DNA of 64,000 nucleotides from Bacillota bacterium (GCA_015059335.1 SVAP01000001.1:158-64157), one strand, 5' to 3'. Numbered from the stretch's first letter, positions 1 to 8,396 are shown. Made by a program: numbers and translations. Notes: generated by a model not told the origin, from the sequence alone.

Positions 1-1
1 T

Positions 2-205
2 CAAACAATGAAAATTATTACAAAAGAATATAATACAGGAAAGTATGATTCGTGGTGTGCTAATGGTGTTGGTGGTTCACTTGTAGCAGTAATACCTGAA
101 AAGAACATTGTAATATGCTGTGCTTGTTCATTAGTTTATAATCCTAAAATTAGAACAGAGTTAATAAATAATTATTTGATACCATATATAGATAGTTTAG
201 AGTAA
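2..205 (+). CDS. C-terminal fragment of a serine hydrolase / beta-lactamase-family protein (starts before the window)
   Basis: Frame is open to the window edge; 'ANGVGGSLVAVIPEKNIVI' resembles the AmpC-family C-terminal A-x-G-x-GG...V-x-P motif. Confidence 0.55.
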   Translation, partial: QTMKIITKEYNTGKYDSWCANGVGGSLVAVIPEKNIVICCACSLVYNPKIRTELINNYLIPYIDSLE

Positions 206-221
206 CAAATCACAATTTATA

Positions 222-247
222 AAGCAGATAGAAATATCTGTTTTTTC
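222..247 (+). terminator. Rho-independent terminator
   Basis: GCAGATA-gaaa-TATCTG hairpin followed by a T-run. Confidence 0.7.
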
Positions 248-366
248 TATGTCTATTTCCTATTTAGGAGTGGAAAAAAGGTTAAAGAATGTAATAGTTG
301 AATATGCCCTTATTAGCGATTTTAAAAGGGTTTAAGCAACGTTAACATAAAACACACAAATACACA

Positions 367-387
367 TTAGATCCACTTTTAGATCCA
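367..387 (+). repeat. Left copy of TTAGATCCACTTTTAGATCCA (tandem TTAGATCCA, 12-bp period); probable integrase arm-type sites
   Basis: Identical to 8141-8161; lies just downstream of the integrase stop. Confidence 0.8.
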
Positions 388-417
388 GTAGACACAAAAA
401 AAGAGCATTTCTGCCCA

Positions 418-1539
418 TTATTTACTTAAGTTATTTATTATATCCATAGTCTCATTTAACTTGCCTTTAAAAAGATGTGAATAAGTTTTAAGAGTTTCGG
501 TTGTATTGCTATGTCCCATAAATGAGGAAACAACTGTTATTGGAGCTTGATTATTAACAAGTAAAGAAGCACATGAGTGTCTGAAATCATGTAGTCGAAT
601 TTGTTTAACATTTGCTTTTTCTGCAATTTCTCCTTTTCTTCGTTGAGCTTGTTTATATGCTAAAGGTCTAATGCCATAGTCGTTACCAAATACAAAGAAC
701 TTCTTATCAAAGTTTTTAAATTTGGAAACTTCATCATAATATTTTTGTAAGTCAGATAATAGTTCATCAGCAATAGGAATCTCTCTAATACTTGAATCAG
801 TTTTCGGATTGCAGACATAGTAATTAGAAGAGTAGTTATCAATACTTAAAACTTGTTTATTTATATGAAGTCTTTTATTGCTAAAATCAATATCTTCCCA
901 AGTAAGTCCTCTAGCTTCACCAATTCTAAGTCCACAATAATATAAAGTTTGCCAAAGACATTTATATTTTAAATCATCTTCAGCAGATAAGAATTTTATA
1001 AAATCATCATACTCATATATTTGCCTTTCAGTTTTCTTCTCGTCTGGATTCTTAAACTTTTCCATTAACATTAGAAGTTGATTAAAATTAAAGTTATATC
1101 TTTTAATACCAAATCTAAGAACTGCTTTTAAAACTTTTAAAATATCATTTTTAGAGACATCTTTCATATTAGGTTGGCTATTAATGTATTTCTTCCAGTT
1201 CTCATAATAAACAATGTTAAAATCAACACACTTAATATTATATAGAGGAACTAAATACTTGCCACGATATTTATAACCAACTTTAGTACTGATTCTAACT
1301 TTATCATCCTGATATTCTAAAAAAGCATTCCATAAATCTTCAAAAGTCATTTTAGTAGGAACATTAACATTTTCTTTTAATTTATTTAAATATTCTAATT
1401 CTGCTTCTTTAGCTTCAGCTCTTGTAAAATACTTTTTACTATTATATCTTTTAGGAGTATTAAACTCATCTTTATAAACTACTCTAAAGAACCAATATTT
1501 ACCATCTTTAGTAGGTGTTTTTGCTTTATTGACAGACAT
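418..1539 (-). CDS. int: Tyrosine recombinase / phage integrase
   Basis: N-terminal arm-binding-like domain; GLRIGE, HDFRHS and LKTYSH catalytic motifs; RBS AAAGGAAGG before ATG 1539. Confidence 0.95.
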   Translation of the reverse strand: MSVNKAKTPTKDGKYWFFRVVYKDEFNTPKRYNSKKYFTRAEAKEAELEYLNKLKENVNVPTKMTFEDLWNAFLEYQDDKVRISTKVGYKYRGKYLVPLYNIKCVDFNIVYYENWKKYINSQPNMKDVSKNDILKVLKAVLRFGIKRYNFNFNQLLMLMEKFKNPDEKKTERQIYEYDDFIKFLSAEDDLKYKCLWQTLYYCGLRIGEARGLTWEDIDFSNKRLHINKQVLSIDNYSSNYYVCNPKTDSSIREIPIADELLSDLQKYYDEVSKFKNFDKKFFVFGNDYGIRPLAYKQAQRRKGEIAEKANVKQIRLHDFRHSCASLLVNNQAPITVVSSFMGHSNTTETLKTYSHLFKGKLNETMDIINNLSK

Positions 1540-1589
1540 TATAACCTTCCTTTCTTGTGTAAAATAGAAAAAACTGCTATAATGTAAAT

Positions 1590-1697
1590 GGAAATCCAAA
1601 AACATTATAGTTTCTATAATTAATATTTTTATTCTTGGTCGAATTTAAATATACGATTTCTATTTGATCTATTGTTCCAGCAATAGGTCTTTTTTTG
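1590..1697 (+). ncRNA. Putative ~105-nt small RNA antisense to the integrase upstream region
   Basis: TTGTGT-17bp-TATAAT promoter with extended -10 (1555-1583); terminator GATCTATTG/CAATAGGTC plus T-run at 1666-1697; no ORF. Confidence 0.4.
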
Positions 1698-1698
1698 T

Positions 1699-2358
1699 TT
1701 AATCAAAATCTCTAATATGTCTTTTTATTTTTCCGACTATTTCATATTTAGAATCAAATTCTTCTTTTGATATATATCTTGTAATATCATGTATTTTATT
1801 ATTTGGATTAAGAGGAAACATAGTTACTTTATCGTCATTAATGATTAATCTTCTTAAAGCTAATTTAGAGTTTTTAATATTTTTAAGCAAATAATCTCCC
1901 TCGTTAATATAATCTGAGTGAATAGCGATTACTGTATCATTCTTTTGGTAAATAGGTTCCATACAATCATCAGGAAGTATTAATCCGGTAAAATCATCAT
2001 CAGGATTAGTATCTAACCATTCTAATGGAACATTATCGATTGCTTTTAAAACTAATGCATTTTTTTCATTATATTTATAAATAGGTAATTCTTTTGGTGC
2101 ATTAAAATTTTCTTCGAAAGCTTCAGCATATGCTTTTTCATAATTAGGATTTTCATCAGTCAAGGCATATGTTTTAACATTGAAGTAATCTGCTATTTCA
2201 ATAATGTATTCCATCTTAGGATAAGTTCTACCTTTAGCCCAGTCACAAAAAGTTGTATATTTAACTCCTAGAAATTTAGCAACTTCTTCTCTAGTAGAAT
2301 TATGTATTTTTAATAGATTTTGTATATTCTTTGCAAAAACTTCTTTGCTATTTGCCAT
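1699..2358 (-). CDS. CI/Stl-like repressor: XRE HTH plus degenerate S24 peptidase domain
   Basis: HTH 'REEVAKFLGVKYTTFCDWAKGRTYP'; C-terminal S24-like 'DDCMEP...LRRL...PLNPN...VGKI'. Confidence 0.9.
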   Translation of the reverse strand: MANSKEVFAKNIQNLLKIHNSTREEVAKFLGVKYTTFCDWAKGRTYPKMEYIIEIADYFNVKTYALTDENPNYEKAYAEAFEENFNAPKELPIYKYNEKNALVLKAIDNVPLEWLDTNPDDDFTGLILPDDCMEPIYQKNDTVIAIHSDYINEGDYLLKNIKNSKLALRRLIINDDKVTMFPLNPNNKIHDITRYISKEEFDSKYEIVGKIKRHIRDFD

Positions 2359-2380
2359 TTTTACCACCTCTGATACTATC

Positions 2381-2430
2381 TTACATTATCTCGTAATTTA
2401 TGTCAAGTTAAAAATGCATAAAATTATGCA
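2381..2430. promoter_or_regulatory. Genetic switch region with palindromic operator candidates
   Basis: TGCATAA-AA-TTATGCA palindrome at 2415-2430; TTAC-N8-GTAA at 2381-2396 resembles TACGA-N5-TCGTA just after cro (2707-2721). Confidence 0.5.
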
Positions 2431-2504
2431 AAATGCATATTTAGGTATTTACAAAAGAAAAGAAATATTATATTATTGATTTATCATAGGAAGGAGGAAA
2501 AGGG

Positions 2505-2705
2505 ATGAAAATAACATTAAAAGCTTTACGAATCAATTCAAAGCTAACACTGGAAGAAGCTTCGAAAAAGATTGGAATTAGTAGAGAAACATTAAGAAGT
2601 TATGAAACATTTAAAACTGCACCAGACTTAAAATTATTACCTAAAATTTTAAAAGTTTATAATGCAGATATAAATGATGTGAAGTTTGAAGATGAAGAAA
2701 ACTAA
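2505..2705 (+). CDS. Cro-like XRE HTH regulator
   Basis: 'LKALRINSKLTLEEASKKIGISRETLRSYE'; divergent from the repressor; strong RBS. Confidence 0.9.
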   Translation: MKITLKALRINSKLTLEEASKKIGISRETLRSYETFKTAPDLKLLPKILKVYNADINDVKFEDEEN

Positions 2706-2772
2706 TTACGAAAAAATCGTATATTTAAATTTGACCAAGAAGTAAATAATTATAGAAAGGAAGGATTCCAAA

Positions 2773-3024
2773 ATGGGAAAAAGAAGAAAAGTATTAACAA
2801 AAAATGAAATACTCGATATAGCTCAATATCAATGGGCTAATATAAGAGATATTATGGATATAGGTGCAATTGGTAAAAACAATGCACGAATAATATTAAA
2901 TGAAATCATGGATACCTATTATGGTAATCGTGAAAAAATTAAAAATGGTTTAGTTCCTATGAGTATGGTACTTGAATATTTTGATATAAGTATTGATTCC
3001 TTACAGGTAACAACTAATGGCTAA
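2773..3024 (+). CDS. Small phage protein, possible excisionase / DNA-binding protein
   Basis: RBS; position between cro and rep; HTH-like 'ANIRDIMDIGAIGKNNAR'. Confidence 0.5.
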   Translation: MGKRRKVLTKNEILDIAQYQWANIRDIMDIGAIGKNNARIILNEIMDTYYGNREKIKNGLVPMSMVLEYFDISIDSLQVTTNG

Positions 3025-3922
3025 AAAAAGAATGTTCTCGTTGGATGTAGTAGATTTAGATTCTTTTATAGAAATGCCAGTAAGTGCTAAACTTTTATAT
3101 TATGATTTAGGAATGAGAGCAGATGATGATGGATTTGTTGGGAATCCTAAAAAAATAACGTTGTTAGCAGGATGTAATAAGGAAGATATTGAAACATTAA
3201 TAAAAAATAAATTTATTTATATGTTTTCATCAGGTGTTATAGCTATAAGACATTGGAATGTAAATAACCAGATACGAAAAGATAGATATAATGAAACATT
3301 TCGCATAGATGAAAAAAGATTATTAAAATTAGAAAATAATGTATATGAATTGAAAGATAATAGTGGTATACCAAATGACATACCAACGGTAAACACAGTT
3401 AAGTATAGTATAGGTAAGAATAGTATAGATAAGTTAAGTGTAGATAAGAAAAGTAAAGAGAAGAAAAGTTTAGAAGAGAAAAGAGAAGAAAAGATTATAG
3501 ATAACTTTTATGTTGATGTAGACGCAGGAGAAATTTTAGAATATGAAATTGTATCAGAAAAAGATAAAGTGTATAAAAACATAATTGATTATTTAAATAA
3601 TAAAATTAATGCTAACTATAGATGTAATAGTGCTAAAACGAAATCTTTAATTGATGCTAGATTAAATGAAGGGTATAAAGAAGAAGATTTTTTTCTCGTT
3701 ATAGATAAAAAATATAAAGAATGGAAAGATTCTGAAATGGAAAAGTTTTTAAGACCAGAAACTTTATTTAGTAATAAATTTGAAAGCTATTATAATCAAC
3801 CAGAAATAATGAAACAAAGAACACTAAAAGATATATCGATGGCAGAAATAGATGAAGCATTAAAAAGAGAAAAACAACAAATGGGAGATAAAACTAATAA
3901 TGACACAGTTGGAATTTATTAG
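3017..3922 (+). CDS. Phage replication initiator (replisome-organizer-like N-terminus, conserved phage C-terminal domain)
   Basis: 'MAKKRMFS...DSFIEMP...LGMRADDDGFV' N-terminus; 'IIDYLN...FLRPETLFSNKFESY' C-terminus. Confidence 0.85.
   Translation: MAKKRMFSLDVVDLDSFIEMPVSAKLLYYDLGMRADDDGFVGNPKKITLLAGCNKEDIETLIKNKFIYMFSSGVIAIRHWNVNNQIRKDRYNETFRIDEKRLLKLENNVYELKDNSGIPNDIPTVNTVKYSIGKNSIDKLSVDKKSKEKKSLEEKREEKIIDNFYVDVDAGEILEYEIVSEKDKVYKNIIDYLNNKINANYRCNSAKTKSLIDARLNEGYKEEDFFLVIDKKYKEWKDSEMEKFLRPETLFSNKFESYYNQPEIMKQRTLKDISMAEIDEALKREKQQMGDKTNNDTVGIY
3406..3450 (+). repeat. Three 15-bp tandem repeats inside rep; probable origin iterons
   Basis: TAGTATAGGTAAGAA / TAGTATAGATAAGTT / AAGTGTAGATAAGAA followed by an A-rich tract. 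Confidence 0.6.
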
Positions 3923-4334
3923 TGGAATGAAAAGATTAAGTAGCTATTATTTAAAAGAATTAACAAATGATCAATTAGAAGCATGGTATGAGATGTTTAA
4001 AGAAGTTAGAGTAGAAGATTTTAATAAAGCTATTAAACTTATATCTAAAGAAAATGAATATATGCCTACTGCACAAATGTTAAATAAAAAATGTTCACAA
4101 GCATATAAAGAGTTTTTAATTGAAATTGCTAATTACATGATGGAAGATGGTTATTTTTATTTAGGAGTTCAAAGATTAGATGAAACACAAGCTAAACTCA
4201 ATCTTTATAAAACAATTGGTTGGATAGAAGATTCAGGAATGCCAGGCTTCTTAAAAGATGATTTTGAATATTACATAAAAAAATATAAGAGGCATCAACT
4301 GGATAATAATGAAAGGTTAAAATTACAATGTTAA
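3900..4334 (+). CDS. Helicase loader/inhibitor-like (G39P-type) protein
   Basis: Overlaps the rep end; 'LEAWYEMF...FNKAI...EYMPTAQM' pattern. Confidence 0.55.
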   Translation: MTQLEFISGMKRLSSYYLKELTNDQLEAWYEMFKEVRVEDFNKAIKLISKENEYMPTAQMLNKKCSQAYKEFLIEIANYMMEDGYFYLGVQRLDETQAKLNLYKTIGWIEDSGMPGFLKDDFEYYIKKYKRHQLDNNERLKLQC

Positions 4335-4687
4335 GAACTTGTTCTGTATGTGGTGGAATCCATCACGAAGATAACATGTGTAAGAGAACATATAAAAAGA
4401 ACTCTTATGCTAGTAAATTCAGAAATAGTAATGCTTGGATAACTAAACGAGAACAGATAAAGAAAAGAGATAAGTATTTATGTCAGCTGTGTTTGAAAGA
4501 TAACATTTACACATATAACAATCTACAAGTGCATCATATAATTCCAATAGAAAAAGATAATGATAGAAGATTAGACGGTGATAATTTAATTACTTTATGT
4601 TCATATCATCATAAACAAGCAGAAATGAATAAAATATCGTCAGAAGAATTAAAGAATTTAATAGACATCCCCCCGGAGGGTAGATAG
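4328..4687 (+). CDS. HNH endonuclease (cos-packaging-associated type)
   Basis: 'CQLC...LQVHHIIP...NLITLCSYHH' HNH motif; N-terminal CxxC. Confidence 0.9.
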   Translation: MLRTCSVCGGIHHEDNMCKRTYKKNSYASKFRNSNAWITKREQIKKRDKYLCQLCLKDNIYTYNNLQVHHIIPIEKDNDRRLDGDNLITLCSYHHKQAEMNKISSEELKNLIDIPPEGR

Positions 4688-4770
4688 TTGAAAAATATAA
4701 TTTTTTCCACACCCACAACCCACCTACATTCACACAATTATTAGTTTTCCGTGAGTTTTTTGGAAAATAA
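4669..4770. other. Candidate cos/packaging site
   Basis: GC-rich CCCCCGGAGGG...CACACCCACAACCCACC patch at the HNH 3' end, the usual cos position in cos-type Firmicute phages. Confidence 0.4.
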
Positions 4771-4782
4771 AAGAGTATTTTA

Positions 4783-5106
4783 TCAATACTCAATTTGTTT
4801 TAAATCTAAAGGATCTTCATTAACTACAATTAAAGCATATTTAATTTTTAATAATTTAAATACTTCTGCTTTCATTTGTTCATAATCTTCCCCAAATAAG
4901 TTAATTAAATCTTTAGCTGAATTATAGTGTTGAAGAAAAGAACCTTCGTACATAGAACCCCTGTAATAAGAATTAGCAATATAGTATGCAATGACTTCAG
5001 GCATAATATAGCTTAATACAAAATTATCATAATCATCTAGAAAAGGTTTTAGTACTTGTTCAAATTCTTCATCACTAATGTCACCACTCGTATTTTTTCT
5101 AATCAT
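4783..5106 (-). CDS. Hypothetical protein (107 aa), element cargo
   Basis: AGGAGG RBS before ATG 5106. Confidence 0.75.
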   Translation of the reverse strand: MIRKNTSGDISDEEFEQVLKPFLDDYDNFVLSYIMPEVIAYYIANSYYRGSMYEGSFLQHYNSAKDLINLFGEDYEQMKAEVFKLLKIKYALIVVNEDPLDLKQIEY

Positions 5107-5110
5107 AGCC

Positions 5111-5161
5111 ACCTCCTAAACTGGTGTTCTATTAATCACTCTTATTTGAAAATAATGCAAG
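5111..5161 (-). repeat. 51-bp imperfect direct repeat, copy 1 (promoter/RBS leader)
   Basis: 39/51 ungapped identity to 8014-8064; shared core TATTAATCACTCTT. Confidence 0.75.
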
Positions 5162-5263
5162 TGATATAAAAAATAAATTTAAATGTGGCTACTTTTATAG
5201 GAAAAAAGGTATTTTGATGATATAATTATAAATGAGGGAAAATCAACATTTGGAGGTATCAAT

Positions 5264-6118
5264 ATGTTAAAAGGAAAACCATTTGTAAAATGGGCAGGTG
5301 GAAAAAGACAAATAATAGATAAACTTAAAATGTATGCTCCTGATGAGTTTAATACTTATTACGAACCATTCGTAGGTGGTGGAGCATTATTATTTGAATT
5401 ATCACCAAAAAAAGCAGTAATAAATGATTATAATGAAGAATTAATGAATGTATTTAGTTGCATTAAAGATGAAAACAAATTCAATAAAATGTGTAACGAA
5501 TTAAATCATCATGAAGCAAATCATTCAGAAGAATATTATTATGAAATAAGAAATAAAGATAGAGATAAAGCAAAATTTAAAAGAATGCCTGACTATAAAA
5601 GAAGTGCTAGAACAATTTATTTAAATAAAGCTTGTTTTAATGGGTTATATAGAGTTAATAGCAAAAATGAATTTAATGTACCGTTTAATAGAAAAGCAAA
5701 AGTAAATACATATGATGGACAAAATTTAGGCATTATTCATTCATATTTAAATTTTAGTGATGTAACACTTTTAAATACAGATTTTGAAGAAGCAGTAAAG
5801 GATGCAAAAAAAGGGGATTTTATTTATTTTGATCCTCCATATGATTCTGAAACATCAACATTCAATAGCTATACAGAAAATGGATTTGGTAAAGAAGAAC
5901 AAATAAGACTTTCAAAAGTTTATAAAGAATTAGCTGATAAAGGATGTTATGTGATGTTATCAAATCATAATACAACATTAGTAAAAGAATTATATAAAGA
6001 TTTTAATATTCATGTAATTGAAGCTAAAAGAAATATAAATGCAAATGGAAAGAAAAGGGGAAAAGTAGAAGAAGTAATTATTACAAATTACGAAAATAAA
6101 AGAGGATTTGAAGAATAA
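5264..6118 (+). CDS. dpnM: Dam-family GATC m6A methyltransferase (DpnM type)
   Basis: 'KPFVKWAGGK', 'YYEPFVGGG', 'FNGLYRVN' and DPPY motifs. Confidence 0.92.
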   Translation: MLKGKPFVKWAGGKRQIIDKLKMYAPDEFNTYYEPFVGGGALLFELSPKKAVINDYNEELMNVFSCIKDENKFNKMCNELNHHEANHSEEYYYEIRNKDRDKAKFKRMPDYKRSARTIYLNKACFNGLYRVNSKNEFNVPFNRKAKVNTYDGQNLGIIHSYLNFSDVTLLNTDFEEAVKDAKKGDFIYFDPPYDSETSTFNSYTENGFGKEEQIRLSKVYKELADKGCYVMLSNHNTTLVKELYKDFNIHVIEAKRNINANGKKRGKVEEVIITNYENKRGFEE

Positions 6119-6141
6119 AAAGCGAATAATATAATTAGGAG

Positions 6142-6918
6142 GTGTATCTCGTGGGGAAAAACATTTATTATGAACAAGAAGATTTTAAGTTGCTCCATGG
6201 AGATGCACTTTTATTGTTGAAAAAAATAGAGCCACAAAGTATAGATATGATATTTGCAGATCCACCATACTTTTTATCAGGAAATGGAATCACTTGTAGT
6301 GGTGGTAAAATGGTATCGGTAAATAAAGGTAAGTGGGATGAAAAAATATCTGTTAAAGAAAAACATAATTTCAATAAGAAATGGATAAGAGCTTGTAAGG
6401 AAGTTTTAAAAGATGATGGAACTATCTGGATAAGTGGAACAATGCACAATATTTATTCCATAGGAATGGCACTTGAAGAAGAAGGGTTTAAGATAATAAA
6501 TAACATCACCTGGAAGAAATTAAACCCACCACCTAACATTAGCTGTCGTGCTTTTGTTCACTCAACAGAAACCGTTTTATGGGCTAAAAAAGACATATCT
6601 AAAGCTAAGCATAAGTTTAATTATGATGTTATGAAAAAACTAAATAATAACAAGCAAATGAAAGATGTATGGGAAACATCATTAACTAAACCAAGTGAAA
6701 AGAAATGTGGTAAGCATCCTACACAAAAGCCAATAGAATTATTAGAAAAAATAATATTGGCATCTACAGATGAAAATGATTTAATACTAGATCCTTTTAA
6801 TGGTAGTGGAACAACTGGAATAGTGGCTAATAGATTGAAAAGAAAATATATTGGAATAGAAAAGGAAAAAGAATATTTAGATTTAACAATTAAAAGAAAG
6901 GAAAGTGATTCTAAATGA
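6142..6918 (+). CDS. dpnA: Beta-class DNA methyltransferase (DpnA type)
   Basis: 'IFADPPYFLS', 'HPTQKP', 'LDPFNGSGTTG'; between dpnM and dpnB. Confidence 0.9.
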   Translation: MYLVGKNIYYEQEDFKLLHGDALLLLKKIEPQSIDMIFADPPYFLSGNGITCSGGKMVSVNKGKWDEKISVKEKHNFNKKWIRACKEVLKDDGTIWISGTMHNIYSIGMALEEEGFKIINNITWKKLNPPPNISCRAFVHSTETVLWAKKDISKAKHKFNYDVMKKLNNNKQMKDVWETSLTKPSEKKCGKHPTQKPIELLEKIILASTDENDLILDPFNGSGTTGIVANRLKRKYIGIEKEKEYLDLTIKRKESDSK

Positions 6919-7772
6919 AAAGAGATTTTAATGAATGGTTAAGTAAATTTAAAACAAGTATATCAGATTATACTTATTATGTTGATTTTGAAAAAATATA
7001 TAAAAATGTTGATAAAGTAAAAGTGGAATTAAATATTTTAAATTCATTAATTGGTAGTCAAAACATTGAAGAAGAATTTCAAAATATATTAATTAAATAT
7101 CCAGAAACTTTGGAATGTATTCCATTATTATTAGCAGTTCGTTCTCGTGAGATATTTATTAAAGATCAAATGAATGAATATTTATTTAAATTTGATAAAA
7201 TGATTTATTCCATAGAAGATTACATAAGATTTATGAGAGAATCAGGATTATTTGATTTGTTACAAAATCATATTATAAATAACCTTTATGATTATGTTTT
7301 AGGAATAGAGGTTGGATTAGATTCTAATGGTAGAAAAAATCGTGGTGGACATCTAATGGAAAATCTTGTTGAAGAATATATCGAAAAAGCAGGATATAAA
7401 AAAGATATTAGCTACTTCAAAGAAATGTATTTATCTGATATTGAGAAAAAATGGAATTTAGATTTATCTGCTATGTCTGGCAATAATGTATCTACAAAAA
7501 GATTTGATTTTGTTATTAAAACAGATAATCAAGTATATGTAATAGAAACTAATTTTTATTCAAGTGGTGGTTCAAAGTTAAATGAAACTGCTAGAAGCTA
7601 TAAGATGTTAGCTGAAGAATCTAAAAAAGTAAATGGTGTAACATTTATATGGTTTACTGATGGAATAGGATGGTTAAGTGCCAGAAAAAATCTAGAAGAA
7701 ACATTCAATGAGATGGAAACTATTTATAACATAGTAGACTTAGAAAATGGAATTATTAATAATTTAAAATAA
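6915..7772 (+). CDS. dpnB: DpnII-family type II restriction endonuclease (GATC)
   Basis: 'GIEVGLDSNGRKNRGGHLME', 'KRFDF', 'IETNFY...GGSKLNETARSY', 'WFTDGIGW'. Confidence 0.92.
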   Translation: MKRDFNEWLSKFKTSISDYTYYVDFEKIYKNVDKVKVELNILNSLIGSQNIEEEFQNILIKYPETLECIPLLLAVRSREIFIKDQMNEYLFKFDKMIYSIEDYIRFMRESGLFDLLQNHIINNLYDYVLGIEVGLDSNGRKNRGGHLMENLVEEYIEKAGYKKDISYFKEMYLSDIEKKWNLDLSAMSGNNVSTKRFDFVIKTDNQVYVIETNFYSSGGSKLNETARSYKMLAEESKKVNGVTFIWFTDGIGWLSARKNLEETFNEMETIYNIVDLENGIINNLK

Positions 7773-7796
7773 AACAAACTACCTTAATTGGTAGTT

Positions 7797-8009
7797 TTAA
7801 TTTTCCGGATCTTTTTTATAACTTTTAGCGTTTAAATAATTAACAAATTCTTCTTCAATTCTATGTCTAAATTTCATTAACACTTGTAAGTGTCTTGGAT
7901 TTTTAGCAGATATAACAAGTTCAATATTTTTAATAACAAAGAACCCATGATAATCCCCGTGTCTACTAATACATTCAATTCTATTTTTAGGTTTAAAAAT
8001 ATACTTCAT
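7797..8009 (-). CDS. Hypothetical protein (70 aa), element cargo
   Basis: AGGAGG RBS; leader shared with the 4783-5106 gene. Confidence 0.65.
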   Translation of the reverse strand: MKYIFKPKNRIECISRHGDYHGFFVIKNIELVISAKNPRHLQVLMKFRHRIEEEFVNYLNAKSYKKDPEN

Positions 8010-8013
8010 AACA

Positions 8014-8064
8014 ACCTCCTAATAAGTTGTGTTATTAATCACTCTTTATTGGAAAAAAGTCAAG
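8014..8064 (-). repeat. 51-bp imperfect direct repeat, copy 2
   Basis: Matches 5111-5161. Confidence 0.75.
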
Positions 8065-8140
8065 TTTGCTAGATATTATCAATAAAAAATGGTATAATGA
8101 AATTGCAATAAAGGATAAAAGATGTGGAAAAAATGACGTT

Positions 8141-8161
8141 TTAGATCCACTTTTAGATCCA
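8141..8161 (+). repeat. Right copy of TTAGATCCACTTTTAGATCCA; probable arm-type sites
   Basis: Identical to 367-387. Confidence 0.8.
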
Positions 8162-8269
8162 CAAACAGAGGATTTAAGAGGTAAAATAAGAAAATATAAA
8201 GTGCCAAAGAGCCCATAAATAAAGGGTTTTAGGAAAATTAGGGTGTTAAAATAGGCACTCTTATGTGTT

Positions 8270-8314
8270 CCATGTGGCAGTGGTAAGAAATATAAACAAT
8301 GCTGTGTAAAATAA
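8270..8314 (+). pseudogene. secA: Orphan SEC-C motif fragment (PCGSGKKYKQCCVK*); displaced 3' end of secA-like target gene / attR
   Basis: Near-perfect SEC-C motif without an upstream gene, followed by a terminator; prfB (usual secA neighbour) lies 4 kb downstream. Confidence 0.7.
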
Positions 8315-8319
8315 CTTAT

Positions 8320-8356
8320 AAAAAGATACATTAATTTTACTGATGTATCTTTTTGC
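8320..8356 (+). terminator. Rho-independent terminator
   Basis: AAAAAGATACAT...ATGTATCTTTTT inverted repeat. Confidence 0.75.
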
Positions 8357-8396
8357 TTTTATATGTGTGATATAATTAATATATTGAGGTGATAAA

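Larger units (their letters stand above)
260..8314. mobile_element. Integrated phage-satellite-like (PICI-like) element or prophage remnant carrying a DpnII R-M system
   Basis: int - divergent repressor/cro - rep - helicase-loader inhibitor - HNH - cargo; identical 21-bp repeats inside both ends; SEC-C-like sequences at both boundaries; no capsid, tail or terminase genes. Confidence 0.8.

Noticed and set aside
367-387. 21-bp repeat as the att core itself
   Set aside because: Internal 12-bp tandem structure and position inside the SEC-C-like ends fit arm-type sites better, though this is not excluded
8035-8331. 98-aa minus-strand ORF
   Set aside because: Antisense to the SEC-C fragment and att region; no RBS
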